DNA of 48,706 nucleotides from Octopus bimaculoides (lineage: Eukaryota), in the NCBI RefSeq assembly GCF_001194135.2, contig NC_069006.1, positions 1,733,953 to 1,782,658 of the forward strand, read 5' to 3'. The position numbers and the translations under genes are program-made. Below the pieces are notes generated by a model. It saw nothing but the letters and a program-made list of their open reading frames with translations, made no database searches and was not told the DNA's origin. Positions 12,133 to 24,524 of this stretch are shown here, piece by piece (the first letter of the stretch is position 1; every line of letters starts with the position of its first letter).

Positions 12133-12495
12133 ACCATACTCTGGGATATACCAATACGAGGAGATAGGGGAGTGAAGGCTAATCGGTCAAATATTATCTA
12201 GCCCCACCAAGAAACAAGTGTCCCCTAATCAACATATCAGTATCTTCAGATTAAAACTTATCTCTAAGAGAAATGGAGAAAATCTCAATATACAAAAGTC
12301 CGGAGACAGAGATAACCCGAATGTGGAACCTGAGTGTGGAATCGCTATAATTATAGATGCTTTTGGTATGGTCAAATACATACTGGCAAATGTATAACCA
12401 AATCCCAGATCTTAAAGAATATACTTACTATAACGAAAATAACACGTCGAGGCACCCCATATATTCTGTTGAACATTTGCAATATAGTAAAAAGG
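12133..12495 (+). mobile_element. Decayed R4/Dong-like RLE endonuclease domain to ORF end
   Basis: With frameshifts: TILWDIPIRGDRGVKANRSNII, KCPLINISVSSD*NLSLREMEKISIYKSPETEITRMWNL, IIIDAFGMVK; follows the ILWD..ANRPD..LID..KExEK..KY..RMW..GALG pattern. Confidence 0.8.
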
Positions 12496-12499
12496 AGAA

Positions 12500-12990
12500 C
12501 AGCAGTATAAAACACAGCATATAGCCAAGACTCAAAGAGCTGTAGACTAATAGATGTAAGTGTTCTCACTCAAAAAAAATATATGTGTAAAGGAATTTGA
12601 CAAATTAGATAAATATAAGGACCTGGAAACTGAATTACAAAAGATGTAGCATCTTAAAGCGAGGACTGTTCCTGTTATTGTTGATGCCCTAGGTATGATA
12701 AGAAAGGGATGTCAGAAACATCTAGATAATATCCCAGGAGAACCATGTCTCAGATTCTGCTGACAAGTACTGCTCACATTTTAAGAAAAAACCCTATCAG
12801 TTTAAATGGACGTGTTGTTTTATATGAAGATATTTCACTACTGTCCCTGCCATTTGCCCTCCCCAGCATTTCAGTCATGCTGTAACATCTCTTATCCTTC
12901 AGTTACCCGAGGATGCTGGGTCTGTTTCGGCGAGTGATTGTAACAAATATGCAGATAAAAAGTAAATAAAAACAACAACAACAAGAAAAA
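12500..12990 (+). mobile_element. Second R4/Dong-like RLE 3' end with 3' UTR and A-rich/(ACA)n tail
   Basis: SCRLIDVSV.., NICVKEFDKLDKYKDLETELQKM*HLKARTVPVIVDALGMIRKG..., LTSTAHILRKTLSV*, then non-coding sequence ending AAAAAGTAAATAAAAACAACAACAAC. Confidence 0.88.
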
Positions 12991-13237
12991 TAATCATTTC
13001 CACTATAGGCACAAGGCCTAACAATAATGATAATAATATTAATAACCATAATAATAGCAACAGCAACAACAACAACAACAAGGACAATAATAATAATAAT
13101 AATAAAAATAATAATGATCCTACAAGAGAAAAGTCCACACAATGCTGCACGCATCCCAGCAACACGTTGGCATAGCAGGTGATGCAGTAGGAATATTCGT
13201 GAAACTACCAAATGTCGAACAATTATATAATAATAAA

Positions 13238-13810
13238 ATGCGCTGATGCAGTACCAGGCAGTGGCTCTCATGGCTTCTGATCTTAACTGATTGGAAGTGT
13301 TATAATGTACATTGTTTTGTCTTGGTATAAAAGATGGGCTACAGCAAAATATTTTGCTCAATAGCACAGATTTGCTTGTCAGTTGCTTGACCTTAACCAG
13401 TTGAGCATGTCCCTTGGTGGCTGACGATATGTGCATCTCTGATTATGAGCAGAAGTAGTGGGGGAGCATCATAGCCATGTGTTGAGAGGAATTCTTTGGG
13501 GCTTGAATAATGCACCCCTGCTAACATCGATGTTTCGTTCATCATCATTAAATAACCCTTATTCGGGGACCTTTTGGGCAGGATGGGCTTCTACAACTCA
13601 AGAGGATTCTAACAGGGACCCGCCTGCAAGGTCATGCGCTGTTTACCTAGATGTAATGTCACCATATCACACACATATGATTGTGATGCATGTGCCTGGT
13701 GTACCCTTATCAGGCGGGTAGTCATGATGGGTATAATGGGCTTCGTATATTTGCATCACAGTGTCACTTTGATGGCATGTGTTGCTCTCTCTCACTCTAT
13801 AATAATAAAG
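13238..13810 (+). mobile_element. About 570 bp non-coding interspersed repeat (family 3) bounded by AAT repeats
   Basis: Starts TGATGCAGTACCAGGCAGTGGCTCTCATGG and ends CTCTCTCACTCTATAATAAT. Resembles a repeat I recall from octopus sequence; single copy in the window, no convincing ORF. Confidence 0.6.
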
Positions 13811-13853
13811 TTGATAATGGCGAATATGATGATAATGATGATGGTGATCATGA

Positions 13854-13885
<32 letters not shown>

Positions 13886-14039
13886 ATGATGATAATAATA
13901 ACAACAATAAAGTTAATATTCAAAAAAATATTGGATTTAAATCATCCTTTACTAAATTGCACGTTTTTTTTCATATGCTTACAATAATAATGCCATCCCT
14001 GTTACTACAACGTACTACTGTACAACAACAGCAACTTCA

Positions 14040-14100
<61 letters not shown>

Positions 14101-14101
14101 T
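13805..14101. repeat. (GAT)n/(GCT)n/(AAT)n and perfect (CTA)n microsatellites
   Basis: Directly visible; (CTA)n at about 14041-14101. Confidence 0.95.
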
Positions 14102-14344
14102 TGTTTCTTTAGTTTGGTTTTTCACGGTTTTGTGTTGATTTAAGAAGATAAATTACTTCAGTTTTTAGTTATTATAACAAATCTATTTTACAAACAAACT
14201 CAACGAAATGTTCGTGTTTTTTGAAAAGTTCATTGGCGTTCGGTCAGAATCGAAAATATGCTTTAAAAAAAATTATACTTTTTTAAAAAACTGTTTATCA
14301 GATCTGATTGATTGCCACCAAATCACCACTTGTACATAGACTCC

Positions 14345-14471
14345 CATAGACACACACATACATGTATACAGTATATCCATATATATACACGCACATGCAC
14401 GCACACGAACACACATATATATATCTATATATACATATGTGTGTGTATACATATATATATAATGATGCATA

Positions 14472-14546
<75 letters not shown>

Positions 14547-14625
14547 TTACATATATGTATACATACATATACATACATATATATATGTATATATAAATAT
14601 ACATCTAAACTTATATTTATATTTA
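14345..14625. repeat. (TA)n/(CA)n-rich tract
   Basis: Directly visible; perfect (TA)n at about 14477-14545. Confidence 0.95.
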
Positions 14626-15257
14626 TATTTCTGATGGAGTCGTAGAGACGCACTCAAGTCATGTAGCATAAAATGGACATTTTTAATACAGGGACAGAAA
14701 TCCTTCACTAGGTCTGAACAAAGCCGATTTCATTTAGGAAGTAATAAGATAAATAAATTCCAAGCCTAAAAGTTACTCAATTTATCATCCTTACTCACAA
14801 AAGACGAAGGCAAATATAATTTCGGTGAAGTATGAAGAATGCTTTTGTTATGATATTTGTTTTCTCATAACTTCTGTTTTAGACATATTGATGTAGCCAT
14901 CTGTGCGTCGTACATAATGTATATACACCGTCGATAGGCAGGTTACCGCAGTGTTTGATTTGAGATAAAAAACTCTTTTGGATTTGCTGTGTTAAAACAC
15001 AATAAATGTGAAGGAGACACCCAATTTGGTAATAGCAATTGCAAGATGTATTTCAGCCTTGTGGGATTTGTCAATGACACGTACTCGAAACCAGCCGCCT
15101 GCTCGGACTACAATTCATCGCCTTTGACACAGGGAAATGTGAATAAAATATTCACTGATGTTGCGAATAGCTGCCCAGTTGAATAAAAACCCATTATAAG
15201 CAACTGAGACAGTGCATAATTAAAATAGACATCTACATAATTTAGCCATTAATGTTA

Positions 15258-15297
<40 letters not shown>

Positions 15298-16873
15298 TTT
15301 GTACGACTATTATTCTTTCTATTCTTTCATTCTTTCCTTCTTTCTACCAGCCCCTTCACGCTTACTTCATTCATTCCATTTTTCGTTCTTTCATTCCCCC
15401 TCTCTCACAATTCCTAGCCTTCGATTCATGCTCACTTTCACTTCACTGTATACCTTTCATTTTCTCTCGCCCCTCCTTAATTCTTGTATCTCTCTGCCTC
15501 TACATCTCTCTTCTCTCCCCACCTTTCTTTCTTGGTTCGACAACCATCTGTGCAACATCTATATTCCCCCTTGTGCCTGCCAATCTTATGTCCCTGCCGC
15601 AAGGAAAGAAAACTCCGAATAACCCGTCATTGTTTTCTTTGTATCGTCTGTCTGGATGTTTTGTTGTCCCTTTTTTTATTGGACAGTTTGTACATAGAGA
15701 GGTCAGTTGGAATGCAAACTGTTTGGTAAGATATTTTGGGGTGGTTTATTTCATGGAATGTGCAAACTGTGTTGGATTTTCAGAAATTCACATCTGAATA
15801 ACGAACAGCAACTTTAAATAGAGAGCTAGATATGTATGACACACATATTCCATCTCTACTACAATCCAGACAGTCTGATGAAGATAACGTCATGTGATGG
15901 TTGGTCTGTAGGTGACTAGGTATATAGGTAGGTAGGTATGAAGGAAGGTAGATAGGTAGGTAGGTAGATAGGTATGTTAGTATTATGTATGTATGTAGAT
16001 AGGAAGGTTGGTAGGTAGGTAATGTAGGTAGATAAGTAGGTGGAGCAGAAGGTAGGCAGACCACGTGGCGGGATCCACAGGCGGGGAGTTGTACGTACAA
16101 TGCCATGCTACACCATCCATGGCAGTGGAGGGTTCTAATGAGAGTTCATGCGATGTGCTTTTTTTCTCTGCTGAAATGAAGAAAAAATTTTGTGGCAAAT
16201 TTGGAAAATCTCATTTGATATAATTAATGTGTTTATTTAGTTTTTCTGTGTATATGGTGGTGGTGGGTTTGGGAGTGTGTGTGTGTGTGTGTGAGAGAGT
16301 TTTTGCGTATATATGTGTATGCATGTTTGAGCTTGTCTTTAAATGTCTTCGTCGATGTGTGCATGTGTGTGTATATGTGTGTGTATCTTTGTGTGCTTGC
16401 GTTTGTGTATGCTTCTGCATGTTTGTGCATATGTGTGTATGAGGCTAATTGTGTATGTATGTATTTGTGTATGTGTGTGTTTGTGTGTGGTGTGTTTTGT
16501 GTGTTTGTTTTTCCATTGCCACTTGCCAAGGGACAAAACAAAGAGTAGCAAACACACCACCACCCACATTCCTAAACAATGATCTAGCCAACCGAGAAAA
16601 CAAACCATTTCCAATCCCTCCTTCATAAACTATCACTACCTCCACTACCACCACCACACCAATACCAATACAACCACCACCACTACCACAACAACAACAA
16701 CAACAACAACAGCAATATCAAAAAGAAAAAAACACAGCCAAAGACTCATTCTCTAACATTTGTCTTCTTGCAAACAAATATATTAACACAATTTATTTTC
16801 TTTTTATGGTGATTCATTGTTTGCATATATACATTTCCAAATGATATATATACACACACGAGCGCATGCGCGC

Positions 16874-17093
16874 ACGAGAAGGTGCTGAAAATTTCTTGGC
16901 TTTAAGGATATCGCGAAAGGGCTGGTTGGAATCCCAGCCTTCCGAGTTCTTTTACAGGGCTTAGAAAAACTGAAGGACCGCCGTAATAAGTGTGTAAGTC
17001 TGAGACAAGAAATATACTGATTAAATTCATAATTAACTGATACTCCTGTACTCTCTCTTACTATAAGCCAGGCATGTTTCAGCTCACCCTCGT
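16874..17093 (+). mobile_element. Non-autonomous mariner deletion derivative (about 220 bp)
   Basis: Imperfect 30-bp TIRs ACGAGAAGGTGCTGAAAATTTCTTGGCTT / AAGCCAGGCATGTTTCAGCTCACCCTCGT; internal GLEKLKDRRNKCVSLR matches the mariner C-terminal GIxKLxxRWxKC motif; TA on the right side. Confidence 0.85.
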
Positions 17094-17144
<51 letters not shown>

Positions 17145-17185
17145 NNNNNNNNNNNNNNNNNNNNNNNNNNNNNNNNNNNNNNNNN

Positions 17186-17234
<49 letters not shown>

Positions 17235-17269
17235 CACACACATTTATATACATATATATATGTATACTG

Positions 17270-17418
17270 GAGGCACAAGGCCACTTTACTTATTGATCCA
17301 TGGTACTTTATTTATCGACCTCGAAAGAATAAAAGGCAAAGTCGATTCGGCGCAATTTGAATTCAGATCGTAGCGACGTGCAAAATGCCGCTCGCATTTC
17401 GCCCGCCGCGCAAACGAT
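17270..17418 (-). mobile_element. SINE family 2
   Basis: GGTACTTTATTTATCGACCTCGAAAGAATAAAAGGCAAAGTCGATTCGGCGCAATTTGAATTCAGA...AACGATTCTGC...GCCGCCTT. Confidence 0.9.
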
Positions 17419-17609
17419 TCTGCTAGGTTGCCGCCTTCACACATACACATACACACTCACACACACACATAAATGAAGAGAGAGTGAGTCAGGAAGACAG
17501 AAAGGCATACATATATGTGTGTGTGTGTGTGTGTGCATATATGATATATTTGTGTATACAAACGCATACATGTACAAAAGGAAACAGATACACGCAAACT
17601 GGCGAACAA

Positions 17610-17675
17610 CTATTCACGTGCAACTAGCTTCCACACAGTTTTCTCTACCAAATTCACTCAAGGCATTATTCGACC
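17610..17675 (-). mobile_element. SINE family 1 internal fragment
   Basis: CAGTTTTCTCTACCAAATTCACTCAAGGC is the reverse complement of the TTGTGAGTGGATTTGGTAGA segment at 25893. Confidence 0.65.
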
Positions 17676-17789
17676 GTATGTGTGTGTGTGTGTATGTGTG
17701 TGTGTGTGTGTATATAGGGTAGAGGTCCTATAATACAAAACAATTGAACCCGAGGCCAGGTCCCTGCAAAGCACGATTTTTTTTCACAG

Positions 17790-18035
17790 CCACAACAGAT
17801 CTGCAGCTCAATATGTTGTGAGGATTTCACTATATTTTGTATTACCTTCTTTCGCTTCAATTAAAAATCCTTCAGTCTCTGCTTTGAGTCCTGAGCTTCT
17901 CAACCATTGCTGGGATTTTTCTCTGTCTATTTCTTTTGCATTTAGTTTAGCCCAGTATTTGCCATAAAGAGGCTTTTCTTGCCATCGTTTTATTATGGTC
18001 CGTTGCTGTTCTAGTTTTAGTTTGGATTTAATTTG

Positions 18036-18038
<3 letters not shown>
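17790..18038 (-). mobile_element. R4/Dong-like LINE fragment (post-RT region)
   Basis: KRWQEKPLYGKYWAKLNAKEIDREKSQQWLRSSGLKAETEGFLIEAK, the WxxKPLHG..WL..LKAETEG motif; abuts (TAT)n at 18039-18111. Confidence 0.9.
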
Positions 18039-18111
<73 letters not shown>

Positions 18112-18975
18112 NNNNNNNNNNNNNNNNNNNNNNNNNNNNNNNNNNNNNNNNNNNNNNNNNNNNNNNNNNNNNNNNNNNNNNNNNNNNNNNNNNNNNNNNN
18201 NNNNNNNNNNNNNNNNNNNNNNNNNNNNNNNNNNNNNNNNNNNNNNNNNNNNNNNNNNNNNNNNNNNNNNNNNNNNNNNNNNNNNNNNNNNNNNNNNNNN
18301 NNNNNNNNNNNNNNNNNNNNNNNNNNNNNNNNNNNNNNNNNNNNNNNNNNNNNNNNNNNNNNNNNNNNNNNNNNNNNNNNNNNNNNNNNNNNNNNNNNNN
18401 NNNNNNNNNNNNNNNNNNNNNNNNNNNNNNNNNNNNNNNNNNNNNNNNNNNNNNNNNNNNNNNNNNNNNNNNNNNNNNNNNNNNNNNNNNNNNNNNNNNN
18501 NNNNNNNNNNNNNNNNNNNNNNNNNNNNNNNNNNNNNNNNNNNNNNNNNNNNNNNNNNNNNNNNNNNNNNNNNNNNNNNNNNNNNNNNNNNNNNNNNNNN
18601 NNNNNNNNNNNNNNNNNNNNNNNNNNNNNNNNNNNNNNNNNNNNNNNNNNNNNNNNNNNNNNNNNNNNNNNNNNNNNNNNNNNNNNNNNNNNNNNNNNNN
18701 NNNNNNNNNNNNNNNNNNNNNNNNNNNNNNNNNNNNNNNNNNNNNNNNNNNNNNNNNNNNNNNNNNNNNNNNNNNNNNNNNNNNNNNNNNNNNNNNNNNN
18801 NNNNNNNNNNNNNNNNNNNNNNNNNNNNNNNNNNNNNNNNNNNNNNNNNNNNNNNCCGGATTGAGAACATGGAGGAATAGTAAAAACAAAATGAGCATTA
18901 GTGAGACAAAGAAATATTAATGAATAAATCCAGCACATTTAATGAAACTATGAACATGTGTATCTTCATATACGT

Positions 18976-19008
<33 letters not shown>

Positions 19009-19089
19009 ACTCTATATTCAAACATATATATAAGTTGGTGTGTCGATAACATACTATTTATACATGCATATATGCGTGTTTATGTCTGA

Positions 19090-19129
<40 letters not shown>

Positions 19130-19139
19130 NNNNNNNNNN

Positions 19140-19170
<31 letters not shown>

Positions 19171-19790
19171 TGAGTGTGTGTGTGTGTGTCCGTCTGTCTG
19201 TGTGTTAGGTCAATCAAGACGAAAACAACACGATTTATTACGGAAATACCAAAACAATTATGTCTTGATTATAACAAGGAAAATATCATAATGTATGTGT
19301 TTATATACGTGAGAGAATGTACGTATCAATGTATGTGTATGAATGCATATATATATATACATGCAAATATATACACATACATATATATGCACACATACAC
19401 AAACACACACACACATATTTATCTGACTTTCAGCGTATATTATATGGATAAGAAAGAGCGAGCGCGATATAAATGAAAAATATTTAGGAACGATGAGGTC
19501 GTCATTGAGAGAGTGCGGAGTAGAGAGGGCGGCAGAGCTACAGCTGTAATGGCGTCGACAATAACATATCCGGTTTGTTTTAATTCTGTTCCTGGTCGTG
19601 GATAAAAGATGACGATGTTGTCAATCGAAAGAAAAACACATTCATTATGTCTCTATTATATTGCTTAATCAAACTAGTGGACATTTTGTAGACGCTATTA
19701 TGTGCATGTACACGCACACGCGGTCTCACTCCCCCTCCAAACACAAATAGCGTATTTATATGTAAGCATACAATATATATGTATGTATGG

Positions 19791-19833
<43 letters not shown>

Positions 19834-20346
19834 NNNNNNNNNNNNNNNNNNNNNNNNNNNNNNNNNNNNNNNNNNNNNNNNNNNNNNNNNNNNNNNNNNN
19901 NNNNNNNNNNNNNNNNNNNNNNNNNNNNNNNNNNNNNNNNNNNNNNNNNNNNNNNNNNNNNNNNNNNNNNNNNNNNNNNNNNNNNNNNNNNNNNNNNNNN
20001 NNNNNNNNNNNNNNNNNNNNNNNNNNNNNNNNNNNNNNNNNNNNNNNNNNNNNNNNNNNNNNNNNNNNNNNNNNNNNNNNNNNNNNNNNNNNNNNNNNNN
20101 NNNNNNNNNNNNNNNNNNNNNNNNNNNNNNNNNNNNNNNNNNNNNNNNNNNNNNNNNNNNNNNNNNNNNNNNNNNNNNNNNNNNNNNNNNTTTCAGTCAA
20201 TACATATATGCATACATACGTATATATATATATACGTATGTATGCATATATGTATTGACTGAAATACATTTTAGTATTTGTATATATATCTTTACATGTA
20301 CATTTACCTATGCAAGCAGACACGCAGATACGTACACGCTTAGAAA

Positions 20347-20381
<35 letters not shown>

Positions 20382-21091
20382 CTCACACATATACACATAT
20401 ACACATACACATACACACACACACATGCATAATTCGAAGATTACAGATCCAATCCATCATTGAAACCGTAAAAATCTGTAAAACTTTCCAGAAGTTTATC
20501 ATTTATATGACCATATCTAGATATGCAACTATATGCATGAGAATACATACATAAAGCAAAGCATACAAATTTGTACCTATCATAATATAAATAATATATA
20601 AATATATGCATATATCCATACATGTATGTACATACCTACATCTATATGTATACATACAAGCATATATGAGTACAGGACATCACAAAAAACGTTAAACACA
20701 AAGAGAAACGAAAACAGAAAGACGAAAACAGAAAACGAACTTTTTTTTTCGAACAACGAAAAAAGGCAAACAGAGAAACGAGACATGCAACATAAAGAAT
20801 ATTTCCCTTCTTCAGTTGTCTCTGTTCCATCTACTCCGCGTTCCGAAGGCAAGGACAATACGCAACTTCGTTGGAACTGTCTTTCTCGCAAAGCAAATTA
20901 ATTAAATTTGGAATTTACGTATACATACATACATACACACATGCAAAAATATATCCTGCTGTTGATGTTGAAATTCCAATAGAGGAACCTTGAATCTAGG
21001 TTAGAAACCAGCTCTTTCCCTATTGGCAAGAAATCTTGAAATATAACTAAATAATGACTGACATACATACAGGCATATATACATACATACA

Positions 21092-21123
<32 letters not shown>

Positions 21124-21221
21124 CATACATACATAAATCTTGATACAGGGAGAAGAAGTTAATAGGAAATGTTTCGAGAGAAGAAATAATGAAAATAAGA
21201 TTCATTATAAGGAAAGACAAT

Positions 21222-21660
21222 ATGGTGGAAAGCTGGCAGAATCTCTAGTGCTGCAGACGATATGCTTAGCGGCCTATCGTCTGTTTTTATATTGTGACTT
21301 CTGCGATAAGCTTTGTCCTACATCAATTCAAGTCGATAAAATAAGTACCAGTCATGTACTAGGATCAACGAAGGCGTATATCTCTTTCCCCTAAAATTCT
21401 ACACCGTGTGGTGTTTATATTGAAAGTATTACAAACTCGGAGAATAAAAGCGTAAGCTGTCCGATTCCTTACCGTACCGGCCAAAACAAGTCGCGCGTTT
21501 TTTTTTTGGGGGGGGTTTGTGGCTCTATGTTCTAAGTTCAAGTTCCGCTGTAGCTGACTTTCCATTTTTTAATCTTTTCGGGTGATGATAAAATATGTAC
21601 CAATAGAGTAATGAAGACGAAGCAGTCATTCTACTTGCCACCCACAAAAATTTCAGGTCA
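21222..21660 (+). mobile_element. Two degraded SINE family 2 copies (about 21222-21370 and 21515-21660)
   Basis: GCTGGCAGAATC..ATGCTTAGCGG..GTCGATAAAATAAGTACCAG; second copy TTCTAAGTTCAAGTTCCGC..CTTTTCGGG..GATAAAATATGTACC. Confidence 0.65.
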
Positions 21661-22682
21661 GGATCGATTTTTCTTTCTGACCATCGATAATGTAATATCC
21701 CTTATNNNNNNNNNNNNNNNNNNNNNNNNNNNNNNNNNNNNNNNNNNNNNNNNNNNNNNNNNNNNNNNNNNNNNNNNNNNNNNNNNNNNNNNNNNNNNNN
21801 NNNNNNNNNNNNNNNNNNNNNNNNNNNNNNNNNNNNNNNNNNNNNNNNNNNNNNNNNNNNNNNNNNNNNNNNNNNNNNNNNNNNNNNNNNNNNNNNNNNN
21901 NNNNNNNNNNNNNNNNNNNNNNNNNNNNNNNNNNNNNNNNNNNNNNNNNNNNNNNNNNNNNNNNNNNNNNNNNNNNNNNNNNNNNNNNNNNNNNNNNNNN
22001 NNNNNNNNNNNNNNNNNNNNNNNNNNNNNNNNNNNNNNNNNNNNNNNNNNNNNNNNNNNNNNNNNNNNNNNNNNNNNNNNNNNNNNNNNNNNNNNNNNNN
22101 NNNNNNNNNNNNNNNNNNNNNNNNNNNNNNNNNNNNNNNNNNNNNNNNNNNNNNNNNNNNNNNNNNNNNNNNNNNNNNNNNNNNNNNNNNNNNNNNNNNN
22201 NNNNNNNNNNNNNNNNNNNNNNNNNNNNNNNNNNNNNNNNNNNNNNNNNNNNNNNNNNNNNNNNNNNNNNNNNNNNNNNNNNNNNNNNNNNNNNNNNNNN
22301 NNNNNNNNNNNNNCCTCACTTCACGGAAATTGCAGGCCTGGTGCCAAAATTTGAAACCGATAATTATGTTTCACTTGTTATTAATTATGCGTAAAACTGT
22401 GATTTTTATTCTTTTCTTCTTGAATTTCTTTCACTCACTGGAGTGCGGTCATGCATGGGTTTAGCCGACCCAGCTAACCGCGTCATTTTATTCTATTAAA
22501 TGTGATTCATAGTTCGTTCTTCTTATTTCTGAGAACGAAAGTTTACAGAAATGGAAATTGAAGAAACACCGCCTATCAACCAGTGGCGGGTAAAGGTCTT
22601 TCTCTCTCTCTCTCTCTCCCTCTCACACACACGCACAACACACACACACATACATAGTGGTCCTACTCGATGCAATAACAAT

Positions 22683-22895
22683 CCTTTCTACTAAAGGCAC
22701 AAGGCCTGAAATTTGGGGGAGGAGGATAGTCGATTTCATTGACCCCACTGTTTCATTGGTACTTAATTTATCGACCCCGAAAGGATGAAAGGCAAAGTCA
22801 ACCTTGGCGGAATTTGAATTCAGAACGTACAGACGGACAAAATACCGTTAAGCATTTTTCCCGGGGTGCTAATTATTCTGCCACCTCGCCGCTTT
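22683..22895 (-). mobile_element. SINE family 2, full length
   Basis: On the minus strand: A-box-like TGGCAGAATAA, B-box-like GAATTCAAATTCC, body GACTTTGCCTTTCATCCTTTCGGGGTCGATAAATTAAGTACC, tail GGCCTTGTGCCTTTAGTAGAAAGGATT. Confidence 0.93.
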
Positions 22896-22919
22896 GATAA
22901 TAATAGTAGCAATAATTCT

Positions 22920-23120
22920 ATGCAATTTAGGGTTGAAATTTTGGTTAACGAGGTTAAGTCGATTACATTACTCCAGTGCTTGACTGGTGCATATTTTGCT
23001 TTCGAATAGCTGAAAGGTTAAGTCGACTCCAGTGGAATTTGAACTCACAGCGTAAAGCCGGAATGAAAATACCACGAAGCATTTTATCTGGCATGTCAAC
23101 GATTTTATCAGTTGACCGGC
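22920..23120 (-). mobile_element. SINE family 2, diverged
   Basis: AAGTCGATTAC..TGACTGGT..GTCGACTCCAGTGGAATTTGAACTCACAGCGTAAAG..AAGCATTT. Confidence 0.8.
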
Positions 23121-23144
23121 GTATTTTCTTCATCAAAGTCTTGT

Positions 23145-23338
23145 CTACTATAGACACAACGCCTGCAATTTTGGTGGACGAGGATAGTCGATTTTATCAT
23201 CTCAAGTACTTAACTGGTACTTCTTTTATTGGCCCCGAATACATGAAAGAGGAATTTAAACAGAAAACGTGAAGACCGGACGAAGTGCTGCTAAGCATTT
23301 TATCCAGCGAGCTAACGATTCTGTCGGCTCGCCGGTTT
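23145..23338 (-). mobile_element. SINE family 2, diverged with internal deletion
   Basis: CTACTATAGACACAACGCCTG..GATAGTCGA..ACTGGTACTT..GCTAAGCATTT..GCTAACGATTCTG..CTCGCC. Confidence 0.8.
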
Positions 23339-24379
23339 TATAATAATAACAATGAGCAGAAGGATGCTTATATTAATGATTATATCGAAAGTCTCAATCT
23401 AACGGAAAAAATCTATGAACAAATATATTAATAAATAAACTCCCTCGGGGTCGGAAGTGGAAATGGAAATAGAGCAAAACCACAAATAACACGTAAAGAA
23501 GACTTTGAAAAAAATACAGCCCAATCTCAAGACATGGTAGTTTTTGACGCCATTAAAAATTGAAACGTTACTGCAGATAACCTTCCTCTCTATCACGAAC
23601 GAACGCTCATTTACACTGTCTCACTCATACACTGTCACACTCACAATCTCACCTATAGACCCCCACCCTCACTTTTCTTCCCCCACCCACACCACCACAC
23701 CACCGTCGCAGTTTATCATCCTTTAAACTCCTGCACCATACCATGTAAAACAATATATATACATATGTGCGCGTATGTATGTATGTACGTACGTATGAAT
23801 GAATGAATATGTCGAATCTAGCTGAATATAATATCGATAAATGCGTTTGGATAACCAAATAAATATCGGGAGATATATATCATCTGTCATATTTTATTAG
23901 CGACAAGAATAAATACAAAATGGCGTATATCTGTAAAAACCCTTTCGTCTCTAAGAGTCCGTGTTCATATGTGTGTTTATACGTTTGCTTGCGTGTTTCC
24001 GCCTGTATATCAGTTTATGTATGTGTCGTCTGTTTCTTAGCCTATTTGTCTATACGTAAATGTGTCTGTGCGTTTGTCATTTTTATCGTCTGCAATTTCG
24101 TTAAAAATATCCCATTTATGTGAAACCAAGTATAATTTCATTGTTCATATTATCTCTGTTGTTGTTGCTGTTGCAGGGGTTATTGTAATAGTGGCTGTTG
24201 TTTTCAGTGTTCGTATTGTTGTATGTGTAGTTGTTGTTGTAGTTGCTTTTGTTAATGTTAATGTGAACCAACCACTTTTGTTGTTCTCCTTGTTGTTTTA
24301 GACTTAGTTGTTGCTGAAGTCGTTTTTGATGCAACTTTTGTCTGTATCATTTGTCTCTGGGTTGCTTCTGTTGTTTCTG

Positions 24380-24418
24380 TTGCTATTATCATCATCATCA
24401 TCATCATCATCATCATTA

Positions 24419-24516
<98 letters not shown>

Positions 24517-24517
24517 G
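24380..24517. repeat. (CAT)n/(TAT)n microsatellite
   Basis: Directly visible. Confidence 0.97.
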
Positions 24518-24524
24518 TTGTTTA

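Noticed and set aside
14989-15186. 65-aa ORF MLKHNKCEGD... in unique sequence
   Set aside because: Non-ATG start, no motif, no convincing splice signals.
15870-15900. CTGATGAAG as a hammerhead core
   Set aside because: No stem II or GAAA follows; the same applies to CTGATGA at 9350 and the minus-strand copy at 44265.
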